From assembly GCA_001938485.1 (NCBI GenBank), contig MQRK01212652.1:1-50036 (forward strand): 50,036 nucleotides of DNA. Direction: 5' to 3'. Below, piece by piece: positions 25,407 through 36,781 of this stretch. Every line of letters starts with the position of its first letter. Within the stretch, counting starts at the first letter, position 1. The stretch is from Girardia tigrina. Taxonomy: Eukaryota. The translations under genes and the position numbers were made by a program. The notes beneath the pieces were generated by a model. The model did not search any database. It was not told where the DNA came from and was given only the letters and a program-made list of their open reading frames with translations.

Positions 25407-26234
25407 TAGGCCCAGCACAATAAGAAAAACAACAATTCAATGGTGGACCATGCTGCCTCCGTCCGATTCTCGGGGCAACCTGAGGGTCGGGCGGAACAGG
25501 TGTTCTTTACATTTCAAAATTGTCCTAAAAATCCGACTGTTCAAAACATTCAAAATATCAATCTTCCATCTGGGTGGGAGAAACATAATTCTAAAAACAA
25601 CTAGCCAAACACAACATACAATAAACACCATTAGAAAATATTTCTCACACTCTATAATCACATTCATCGTCACTTTGCATTAATAAATTATAACAATCAA
25701 ATTGATAGTTTTAGAGAGACTTGTTTCTCCTCACAATATTTATTAATGAGAAAAAAATAAATCTCGATAACAAACTAACTTACCATAACCAAAAGCATCA
25801 TGAAATATTTTTTAAAGAAACCTAGAAAATTAAAATATATAAATAGTACAGAGAATTCTTATAGAAAATAGGTACTCAAATTTTTTCTATTATACCTAGT
25901 TCGATCAATAACCTCTAAGATTCATATTAAATAAAAAAACACAATGTTCTAACAAATTTTATCTTGAACAACATTTATTACTAGTACGAAAAAATGTTGT
26001 ACATAATTTATCAATTGACCATCCTTGGTTAGCAATTAGTGCCTCTCTAGGAGTGAGTGTTACCGTAGACGACATTACTTTCAAAAGTACGCTGTTGCAG
26101 TGTAAAATTATGATAGTTGTGAGGAATATTTTAAATTTGGTATGTTGAAATTGGTTTGTTGAATTTTGTATGTTGAGTTTAGTATTTTGAAATGTGTTTC
26201 TCCCACCCAGATGGAAAATTGATATTTTAGATGT
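25407..26234. mobile_element. Non-autonomous element with imperfect inverted arms and TAG terminus (Academ- or hAT-like, unresolved)
   Basis: Starts TAGGCCCAGCACAA right where tubulin similarity stops. The motif AAAATATCAAT.TTCCATCTGGGTGGGAGAAACA occurs at ~25552 (+), ~26195-26229 (-) and ~40105 (+). The right end is lost in an N-gap. Confidence 0.5.
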
Positions 26235-26589
26235 NNNNNNNNNNNNNNNNNNNNNNNNNNNNNNNNNNNNNNNNNNNNNNNNNNNNNNNATTTTTAAATA
26301 AAATTAATATGTAAATAAAAATTAATACTAAAACTACAAAATTTGAACTTTAAAATTAAAATCAGAAAATAATGAAAAATTTGTTCGAATAATTGTTTAT
26401 AAAAAAAACATTAACAAAAAATTAACAATTTGGAACGATGTCGAATGACGAGAGTTTTTCTGAGAATTGTCCAAAAGACAATTCTGACTGTATTGAAAAT
26501 AAAAGTTTGAAAACCCATGTTGGTGTTCTTAATAATCATAAGTTAAACTTAGTTTGAAACGATAGTATTGAATTTTTCAAATATCGATT

Positions 26590-27189
26590 ATAACGAATCG
26601 ATTAAAAAGGCGTCACACAATAACGAGCAAGCAGCAAAACGCTTTTGTTTCTGCTTTTCATTTAACTCATTTGGAATCTAATATATCAATTTCAGCCAAG
26701 TGATTCAATATTGTTTGCTATAAAACAGCAAACATTAGCCAGAAATCAAGAGCACTTTGTGATGGATCCGACTACACGGTTACCTTCAGTTCTTCACTGT
26801 CTACCTGCGTTCCTGGACGATCATTTGACTCATTTTTAAGGTTGAAAGTACTTTTCACTAATTTCCTGAACCAAGTTAAGACTGTCTGCTACGTAGTATC
26901 ATTGTATCCGAATACACTATTGAGGTTACGCAAGGTTTCTGATGCTGAAGTTCCATGTCGGAAATGGTACTTCATAATAGTTCAAATTCCTATCTTTTCC
27001 ATTTTTTAAAATATTGATCATCAAAACAAGTTAATAATAATTTTAATTAATTTTTATTGATATGTTTAATATCCAAGATACGTAGCAATCAAACAAAAAA
27101 CTGAGAAGTAAAATGCTAAGTCATTGTCAAATTATAATTATTTGAATTTATTGTAATCATGCCTATAAATTTCGTACTTGAAAACCTAA
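26590..27189 (-). mobile_element. Mariner 5' half with TIR (cecropia-like)
   Basis: ATG 27002: MEKIGI*TIMKYHFRHGTSASETLRNLNSVFG...TVLTWFRK...DSEELKVTV*SDP...PNELNEKQKQKR. TIR-like ...GAAAACCTAA followed by TA at 27190. Confidence 0.85.
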
Positions 27190-27424
27190 TACTATCGAAC
27201 ACTTTTAATATACTTTTTTTAATCTTTAAAATATTTGCTGAATTTTTTATATTTAGTGTCATGCAATACCAAGTACAAAAATATTGTTTCACGGCTCGTT
27301 TGTTATAAGTAGATCATTTTAATTATTTACTCTGATCTTGACTTGATGAAGTGCATGCATGATTAATTAATTTTATATTAGCTTCATTTTATATTAGCTT
27401 AATTTTATATTAAGTTTTATATTA

Positions 27425-27999
27425 TTAGGTTGGGGAAAAAGTAATCCATTATTTTAATCCATTATTTTTGGCCAAACGAAATGAAATCGACCCATTTCTT
27501 AAACGGATAGTTACTGGGGATGAGAAATTGGTCACATACGACAATGTTGTACGAAAATGATCGTGGTCAAAGCATGGTGAAGCACCTCAAACGATCGCCA
27601 AACCAGGAATAACAGCCAGGAAAATTCTACAGTGTATTTGGTGGGACTGGAAAGGAATCATTTATTATGAGTTGCTTCCGTATGGCCAAACACTAAATTC
27701 AGATCTGTACTGTCAACAACTGAACCGTTTGAAGATAGCAATTGATGAGAAACCATATAGTCCGGACCTGGCACCAAGCGATTACCACCTTTTTCTCGCA
27801 TTGCAAAATTTTCTGAGTGATAAGAAATTGGGATCAATAGAAGATTGTGAAAATCGATTACTATAGTTTTTCGCCAAAAAGGACCAAGACTTCTACGAGA
27901 GAGGCATTATGAAGCTACCTTCAAAATGGCCACTAATTATACAACAAAACGATGCATATTTGAGTCCAAAAATAATGGATTTCTTTTTCCCCAACCTAA
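27425..27999 (+). mobile_element. Internally deleted mariner (mellifera-like), 575 bp, with intact TIRs
   Basis: TA-flanked TIR TTAGGTTGGGGAAAAAG.AATCCATTATTT at both ends. Encodes DPFLKRIVTGDEK, CIWWDWKGIIYYELLPYGQTLNSDLYCQQL and YSPDLAPSDYHLF. Confidence 0.95.
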
Positions 28000-28150
28000 T
28001 ATTTTCTGGCAGTCAATTATTAATTAACAATTTTACTTTTACCGCGTTATGTTTGAATCCTCATATAAATCGTAGCTTATACAAATGAAAAATTAAAATA
28101 AATACACAATTTGCTTTGGGATTTATCAGTAAATGTTTTAATTTAATTAA

Positions 28151-28220
28151 CCCTTTGAACGCGTTAAACATTATTAAACATTAAATCCGGCGACTATAGT
28201 CGATTTACGCGTTCAAAGGG
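28151..28220. mobile_element. 70-bp piggyBac-like MITE
   Basis: TTAA | CCCTTTGAACGCGT ... ACGCGTTCAAAGGG | TTAA, with the internal palindrome CGACTATAGTCG at 28191-28202. Confidence 0.85.
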
Positions 28221-28323
28221 TTAAATATGAATAAATACCAAGATGTTTTATATTTATCTCCTTTATAGTTAGTTATATTAATATCTACTATAAAACAATT
28301 TACAAAGTCTTGGCAAGAGTTAG

Positions 28324-28396
28324 ACCACTGTCGACTCGAACACAGAATCCAGCCATCTAAGACATTCTATCTACCAGTTGTTTGTTCCACTGTGGC
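28324..28396 (-). pseudogene. tRNA-like remnant or SINE head
   Basis: 73 nt on the minus strand with a GCCAC...GTGGT acceptor-like stem, A-box-like TGGAACAA..TGG and B-box GTTCGAGTC. The arms are degenerate. Confidence 0.35.
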
Positions 28397-28464
28397 AGAA
28401 CAAATTGGACTATCATTTTTTTCGATTATTCAAATGAATTAAAATTATTTTTAAAGTATTTAAA

Positions 28465-28625
28465 ATATATTTCTGTATATAAAACGACCCTTTATCTTTA
28501 AAAAATTGCTCTGTGGCCTTCACATTATTAAAAGTTCAATTTTTGTTACTGTTAGATAAATCAATTTCCCCATTTTAAGGACAATTTTTTAGTGATAAAT
28601 GGTTGTCTTATATACAGAAATAAAG
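28465..28625. mobile_element. Short Tc1/pogo-type MITE
   Basis: Imperfect 39-bp inverted arms: TTTCTGTATATAAAACGACCCTTTATCTTTAAAAAATTG versus reverse complement TTTCTGTATATAAGACAACCATTTATCACTAAAAAATTG. Confidence 0.65.
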
Positions 28626-29059
28626 GCTATGTATAATTCAATTCTATCGGTTGTTTATCAGGCTGTGATAGGAAAAAGTTGTATCCTCTTAGTCTAGGAA
28701 AATTTGTTGAGGTATTTCTGTAATGATTTTTTGAAATGAATTTTGAAATAAAAAGTTGTTAACATTTATGTGTGATCTTTAAAAAATCTATTTATACAGA
28801 CAATGTTTAAATACATTTTTAACAGAATATTTACAAAATAAAAAAAAGGATGATATGTTATCTCATCAATGCATGTAATCATATGTAACTCAAAAATATT
28901 TTATTTTATTGCCTTTATCAACTTGATGAACATTAGATTTAGAAATTTGTTTATTTTTCTAATGTTAGTTTTATTTTTATTCATAATATATTCAGTATTT
29001 AATCGAAAAAAATTATTTTACATTAATTGAAAAATAATTCTATAAGAAAATCATTTTTT

Positions 29060-29950
29060 AAAATTATGTGCATTATCTGATTTTTCTTTGCATTTTTAGA
29101 GGCAAAATCGGTAACACAATCTTCCATACTTACATTCGAAGCTAACTCAGCCTGGATTGAAAGGAAGTAAAGACTAGGAAGTATTTCATGTGCTATTGTT
29201 GTTCGAAGAAATGTTTTTATCAATTTAAATTTTGAAAAACTAATTTTACCACAAGCTACATAATTTGTAGAAGTATTCTTAAACTAATTAGAATTTTAGA
29301 GTAAACATCTAAAAGTTGTTTTTCAAATCAATTGTAACACATCTTTAGGTGATGTTGATATGACAATGTCATCGATATACGCTGCAGTATTCTATAATCC
29401 GTTGAAGATGATGTCAATGTGCCTCTGAAACGTCTGCGAGGCGTTTCGAAGACCAAAGAGCATTAGAAGATACTCGAAAATGTCAAATGGCGTGATAATG
29501 GCTGTTTTCGGGATGGATTCTTCATCAACTGGGGTTTTGTGATATTCCTTGACGAAAAAAGTGATGAAAATACCTTGCTGTCAGTGAAGTGTTGTAAAAT
29601 TTCGACAATGAGAGGCATTGTATAGCAATCAGAAGTTGTTCAAGCCCCGCTGATTCGTACTGAGCCGTCCTTCTTGGTACAATCTGTAAAGGAACCGATA
29701 AAGGTGAACTGGAACGTTGTATATTGTAATCAAAAACGTTGATTTGTATCCAAAATGGCTGTAGTTCGTTACATAAATCCACCTCTTCAATATTTTTTAA
29801 GTCATCACGACGCAATGGAGGCGCAAAGTTTTGTACAATATTTAAGCGAATTTTGTTTTTTTAATATTTTTTTAAGTTATTAACGTCATAAATAAATCCT
29901 AAAATCAATTTAAGTTGTTGCCTTTGAAATTCTTCATTAACGGATTTATA
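29060..29950 (-). mobile_element. hAT transposase C-terminal fragment (dimerisation region), interrupted by a gypsy RT piece
   Basis: LGFIYDVNNL...IEEVDLCNELQPF, then after the insert SPKDVLQLI...LISLRILL...LIKTFLRTTIAHEILPSLYFLSIQAELA...DFASKNAKK. Confidence 0.8.
29350..29722 (-). mobile_element. Ty3/gypsy reverse transcriptase core fragment
   Basis: SSSPLSVPLQIVP/KKDGSVRISG, YTMPLIVEIL..KVFSSL and DEESIPKTAIITPFDIFEYLLMLFGLRNASQTFQRHID...AAYIDDIVI. Confidence 0.9.
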
Positions 29951-32489
29951 TATTTTGACGCAATATTAAGATTTTAATAATGATCCAGGAAATACTAGTT
30001 GAGAAGCACGGAAACATGGTACATTGTTATAGATATTCCATGAACGCAAAGACGCAACTAAAGTACACTATAATTAAAAACCTAAATGTTCCTAATATAA
30101 TTTATCTAAAATAAAAAATCAAAAATAAATTTGTCTTTCTACTGTCTCAAATAAACAAACATAAAAACATCCGAAACATAATATTAATCCCACTTCTCCC
30201 TTTAATTTATGACCCAAATTATTTCCTTCTAATAGTTCGTGGAAAGAGTGAATCTGAATGAATCTGAATTTGAATGAATCTTAAATTCATATAATTTAAT
30301 TTCACTTCTCCGCCAAAACAAACAATTAAAGTAAATTATCAAAGAAAAATTGATCCGAAAATCAACTTAGTTAAAAAGAAACAATACACTTTCTAAAAAA
30401 ACATTATTAAAATAAATAATTATAGAAAAACTTTCCATAAAAAATCCCCCAAAAAGTTAATCGTTCAAAAAATCCGACTAAATCAACCGAAACTCGCAGC
30501 TGAAGCTTACATAATTCTCGAAGAAATAATCGACACGCAACTCCACACGTTTATCAACCGGTATCGTGATATTTGCCTCAATTAATAGCGACATTGACTT
30601 TCAGAAGAGTTCAATGGTCCTCATTCCTCACTCCTCACCCCTCATTCCTCACTAAAAAGGGTTCATAACACAAATTCGTCCTTCTCACCCGTGACTAACA
30701 AATTTGTATAAATTCGATTGGGGAAAAATATATTAATTGATTATATATAATAAAATCTGAATCAGTTTTATTGATTTTCTCCCTTATAATTTGAAAGATT
30801 TTCATTGAATTTCGTCGAGTAGTTCACAATACTCCATTCCCTAATTCAATCTATCAGATCCCACTGATACTAAACTGTCATGTTCACATTAGCAGCCCAC
30901 TCGAAATCAAGTGAAATAATTGATGAAATTAACCAAGGAATTTTTGTCAAGAGTCTTTTCAAGATTTTTTTCAGTAATTAATTTTTTTACGAAAAAAAAG
31001 AAAAAAACCGATTATTTTTTTATCGAAAATTTTTTTTCTGTTTTTCCTGAACGATTTTAATGAGACTTCAGAATGAGTAATTTATTTAATAGGTAAAACA
31101 GAATCGGACAATTATGAGATTTGGAAGAACTCTCCGAAAGGTTCAGAGTTTTAATGAAATAGTAAACAAATATCAATCCCTCTTCCTTAGAGCGCTATAT
31201 GTATAAGAAAAAGAAACTAGACAACTGATATATGAAAAATAATAAAATATAAAATTAAATTTCAATTTAATATTATTGTCAAAACATGATCAAACTCTCA
31301 ATACCAATGGTAATTTGAGAACAGTTACCAAAGAATATGTTTGTTTTGTTATTTGCTGTAACATTCGACTAAGCACCGCTGTCATTGCCCGATTGGATTT
31401 TGGACTCATTAGCCTAGGAATCCATCAATTCTCCCTCTTAGACAGATCTCTGAAGTGGTAGATAAACACTCATCAGTTCTAATTCTGTTCTCCATCAAGA
31501 AATCTTTCTTTCGCACACACACACTTACATACGATTTTCAAGGATTATTTAACTGAAAAAAATATAAAATTTTTTGAAGGACAAAAAACGAGAAAAAAAA
31601 TTTCTTGAAATTTTATTTTTCATATTCGTAACTCAAATTAAGGTTGTGAATAATCAATGAATATAAGATTGATACTGATTTTTAATTGTTATTTTAACTC
31701 CATCTCCAGAAAAAACCTCTTGATAAATATTGTTAATGAGGAAATGGGTAGGTTCCATATAAAATATTCACATCCTCACAGCTGTTCTCAATGGGCTCTT
31801 CTGCAATATGCTATTGATAAACCATAACTGCTGGCATGATTTCAAGAGCTACTCCAGAGCGTCAACACAAAAGCTTATTTCTATAGGCAATAGATTGAAT
31901 TAATAAACTGTTTCAGTGAAATATGAGTGTGAATGAAGAGATGTAATGGAAAAAAGAAATACTAATAATAATATGCAATGAATTATAAAATCTATTAAAA
32001 AAAGAAAGATATCAAACAAACAATTGATTTAACAATATTTTTTTTCTGGGTTTTCGTTACATTTGATTCCCGTTTTTCAATCCATCTGTGAATATTGTTG
32101 ATTGAAATTAATCATGTGAACGGGAATTACTTCCCGATGATCGAAAGCCGTTTTTTTCAGATCAGAAATTCTCCGATTCTCGAGTGGTTGTTGACAACTT
32201 TTCGACGAAAACCTCATCATTTTTAATAAATAATTGATTTCTTTTCTTTTGACAATTTATTTTCTTTTGCATCTACAAATTATTATTCAATTTAAATAAT
32301 TTTATTATTTTCTTTTTTTTATAATAAAAAAAACTAAATTTCTCGATTTTATATTATTAACATTATTATTATTATTTATTTTGGAAACATGGAATATTTT
32401 TTTTCCATTTTTATTAATTTATTGATTTATTATCTACTCAATGGAAACAGCAATTGATTAAAAGAAACTCTCCTAATGAAGTAATCTAT

Positions 32490-33013
32490 ATCCAATGGGA
32501 CTTTATAACTTCACTCAACGCTCAAGTGGTTTCCAGCCAATCACATTCAAGAGTCGCACAAAATAATTATTTAGACTGATTTTTCAAGTGGCTGTAATTG
32601 TAGTCTATCAATATCTATTTTCTGATTGGCTGCAGGTTTAGAAACAACTCATCGGTGCCATGCCAACCACACACCAAATCGACATTTGTTGTAGAGTTGG
32701 TTTTAATAGAGTTCGATGCTGGATTCCCTCAGTTTTCACAGTGAGTATTCTTCATCAGCGTTTGAGCACTCTTCACTCAGTTTCAACAGCCATCACTGGA
32801 TCGACTCAGACACTTCTAAGTGGATCACAAGTACCACGTCAATATCGTAAGCCTTCCAGCAACAAGCCATTCTCCACAACTGAACATTCTTCAAATATAC
32901 ACTTGTCATTTTTTTCAAAACATCTCCAATAACAATTGACACCGATTTTAAATTTCTTTTATTTGCACCTCATTCAAGTAACTAAGAACCAAGTGGGTCA
33001 CTTGAACTAGCCA
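32490..33013 (+). promoter_or_regulatory. Probable nkx2-1 proximal promoter / 5' region with CCAAT boxes and NK2 sites
   Basis: CAGCCAATCA at 32534-32543 and its inverse TGATTGGCTG at 32623-32632 (NF-Y consensus). CAAGTG/CACTTG at 32523, 32585, 32900, 32990 and 32999. TSS unknown. Confidence 0.6.
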
Positions 33014-33242
33014 ATGTCTTTGCAGCCTTCTTGTAGCACTGATGGCTCTTACTCGTCATATCGATCGTTTGGGCCATCATTAATTTCGTGCTCATCTTTC
33101 TCAAATGCATATTATGGTGCCGATATTGCGGGACTGTATGCAAACGAGCCCCGTTCATTTAATGTACCCGGTTATTCTTCGAATCCAACGAATTGGTGTT
33201 GTAATATGTCTGGAGGAATCAACACAGACACCAGATCAGCAG
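33014..33242 (+). CDS. nkx2-1: NK2.1-class homeobox gene, coding exon 1
   Basis: ATG 33014 MSLQPSCST..., then a Tyr-rich region. Donor AG|GTAAGA at 33243 (phase 1) opens a 50-nt intron ending TTATTTCAG at 33292. Confidence 0.8.
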
Positions 33243-33292
33243 GTAAGATATCAGAAAATTAAACAACTCAAATTTTAAAATACTTATTTCAG

Positions 33293-33585
33293 TATCAAAA
33301 TTAATTGGAGCATCAGAAACATCATCGGGTCCCAACTATAATCCCTGTAATTTGATGTCCCCTTTTTTCCAATCAAGTCGTTATGATAGATCAAGCAATT
33401 TATTTTCCGGTAATTCTCCAATAAACGGAATGCTTTATCAAAGTCATTCTCAAAGACGGCGGAGGAGAATTTTGTTCAGTCAAGCCCAAGTGTATGAACT
33501 TGAGAGACGATTTAAACAACAAAAGTATTTGTCAGCCCCAGAACGAGAACATCTGGCATCCCTTATCAATTTAACTCCTACCCAG
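33293..33585 (+). CDS. nkx2-1: NK2.1-class homeobox gene, coding exon 2 (homeodomain 1-44)
   Basis: In frame VSKLIG...[44 protein letters not shown]. Donor CAG|GTAAAA at 33586 (phase 0). Confidence 0.95.
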
Positions 33586-36500
33586 GTAAAAATGATTACT
33601 TATCGATTTGCACCGGAATTATTTTAATAAATCAATAATTTTCCACTCAAAGAAAACAAATTAATGAATTTAATTTATTATTTAGAAGTTTCAAAATTAA
33701 TTAAAAATGGTTTTCATCAATTAATAAATTTTTTTATTCTATAGAAAGTGACATCTTTTAAATTAAACTTTATTTCAATGTAATAATTAATTTGGTAAAT
33801 TAAAATAAATCAATGTATCATTTGATTAATATGTTTAAATTAATAATATTCCAATTTATTGTAAGTTAATTTTATTAAATATTAAAATTAAATTGTATTA
33901 TTTTAAAAATATGAAAAATTGTATTTTAACATTTTTGTTTCGAAAATTTCTGATAGTTATTCCTTGATTTCGTATAAGTTTTTCGCGTTTAAAATACGAT
34001 TAAACATTGTTCCATTGCAAAAGTTTAATCGAAGAATGTTACTATGGAGAAAATGATTTTAAATATATGGATCTTCTCAAGACTAATCGAGATTAGTTTT
34101 CATTCAATATGGTGCATTCCACTTTTATGCTTTCTAAGTTCTAGAGAATCATTTTTCCTTTGAATTAATATGATTACTGTACCAAAACGTTGTAGTACAA
34201 ATGGAATGACTTTCCAAATAATCTACGTCAGTAATATTGCAGAAAGACCACATAATTGATAAGGGTTTTTAATTAATTATCTGTTGATAGTTAAAAGTTT
34301 TGACACAATAATTAAGGGTTTATTGGCATTAATATTTTAAAGTTTTGCTCGTAACGTGATGTTGTTATTAAGTATTTGTTAGTATTTTTATATAATTTTA
34401 TTAACAATGTTTTTAATTATTCTTGTCATTATAAAATTTATTTTTTATAATTATTTTTATTAATAACAATATTATCATTGTAATTATTTATTTATCTACA
34501 GCTTTAATCCGAAGTACGACAATAAATTTAGCAGGTTCTTTAAAACTTTTAAGTAACTTGTTCTCATGAAAGTTTTATAAATCTTAAGTTCATTACCTTG
34601 AAAAAGATTATATTGTACTACATCTGTTCAAAATTTAATTTGTTCTAAAAATATAAGTATAATTTTATTTAACTTAAATGAACTTTCATTTGTTTTATTA
34701 TTTTTAATCCTCCAGAAAGACTTCAAATAAAATTTCTTTTCGTCTGTTTCTTCATTTGACGGGGATGATTAAGTTATGGATAAAAAACCTTTACTATGAT
34801 TCCTAACAAATTTAAAGTCATCAGAATCGAATCTGGATAGTGTTATTAAATTGGAACTTAATGATATAAACTGTATTTAGAAAAATTTCCTTATCTTTAA
34901 TACTGTGTATTAACAGTTTTGACTATATAATAGTTAAAACCGTAACTTGCTTCATGAAAGACATTATTCAACCTTAGAAGTTAATATAAATTACCTGAAA
35001 AGAATGACTTGGTTTCTTCACAATCGTATAAAATAATTTTCCTAAAATATGGTCCTATATACAAGTCATGGACACAAAAACTCATTAACTAATCATTTAC
35101 ATATTACCGTCCTTTCTGAATATCCCGTTCTGATGATCCAGTAAAATATCTTTTAGTAAAAGCAGATTGATTAAATATAATGGATCATCCGCTAATGATA
35201 TCGTACATAGAAAGAATTCTGTTGAATAAAACGATAATCAGAAGCATTTTTTTCTTAAACATAAAATTATTTTGTAGATTGTGATATTCAAAAAACGTGT
35301 ATCAAGAGATGAAAAGTTTTTTTATGTAAATTTGTAATAATTCCACAAAAAATTGTTAAAGTTGAAGTCTGAAAAGCTATTTCAAGTAATTTAGAAGTAT
35401 TATTTTTTTAAGGGCAAACGGAATCATAAATGAAACCTGAAAGAAAGATTAAGAATAAACTAAATAATCAAAATTATGTGTATTTAAGATAGTTTGGGGA
35501 TTATTACGGTTTCAGTTGGTTTAGCCAAAGAAATGACATATTTTTTAAAATCCCTATATTAAAATTTAGTTGTTGGTCTTTTACATTCAGTCAGAAAACA
35601 ATCTTTGTGCAAAGATTAGTAATAAGACGAAATAGATGATTCTATCCAAACATAATTTAAAAACATTTACAAATATTCAAGAAGACGAAAATATTAAATC
35701 TTTATATTAAATAATTTAAATAGTCAGGCAAAAGTTGGTGGAAAGAAAATTTCGATAATTCTAAAATAAAATTGTCACATAAACAATTGTTTTATTAATT
35801 AAAAAGCTTTATTTGGTCATATAATATTTAACTTTTTCTTTAATTAATTGCCGCTCTAGGTCACTTTTATAAGGGAGTTAAATTTTACTTTTTTGTGAAA
35901 TTATCAAAAATATTTTGTTTCCTGGAAAAATATAACTATCATTATGATTGGTTTGAAGAAATATGCCGCAAATTTATGAATATAAACATGCTTATTGGAA
36001 GCTTATTATTATAGGTAATATGTGAAAGGAATAACATATTCTGAAGCGGTGAAAAGAAAAAAACTAAAAGAGATAAAAACAACTAATTAAAAAATCGATA
36101 AACAAATCTTAAACCTATATGATAGGCACATGATAGTCATCAAGAGTCTTGTAAAAGATGTCTAAGGAAAAAGGGTATTTTCTAAGAGCTATTCGAATGT
36201 CAGCTTTTATCTTTTTTAAACACGATAATTTGGTCGTTAAATATGTAATTATTCTAATGATCAATTGATGTCTAAATTGTATAAAATGTGTCATTTTTAA
36301 TTTAATTGGTTTGAGTCATAAAGTTTATAAATATATGTACACAAATCATACACAAATATCACATGATCATTAATACGTCACTGTTTTAGTCCCAGAACAT
36401 CTTTTTGATGCCAATATACATCTTTTATATTATCTTATTTATTTCCTCATAATATTTAAGATTTAAACATTATTTTGATTTGTCTAAAATAGTAATACTC

Positions 36501-36781
36501 AACCGATTCACATCAGGAATAATTATTTCACGGTTGAACAAAATTGATTGTTATTTAACGACTTATGATGCATGACTCCCATACAGTAAATATTCAATAA
36601 TCAAGTAAATAATCACTTGTATTTTATTGATTATTTTTCTAAAATATCATTTATAGAAAAAACTGTCCACATTAACCAATTATCCTAAGAAAAAAGAAAT
36701 TGAAATGATATCAATCATGTAACTACTTTAGTTTGATTACCTTTTAACTCTAGTGTGTCAGTAAGTCAGTGTCTTTTTTAA

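Noticed and set aside
25041-25409. Functional 122-aa tubulin gene
   Set aside because: The first 27 codons are unrelated to tubulin, only an internal fifth of the protein is present, and no other exons were found.
33586-33627. Exon 2 read-through VKMITYRF as the homeodomain end
   Set aside because: GTAAAA is the splice donor, and the true helix 3 VKIWFQNHRY is at 37830.
35940-36240. Possible Tc1 N-terminal remnant in intron 2
   Set aside because: Too degenerate, with no TIR or diagnostic motif confirmed.
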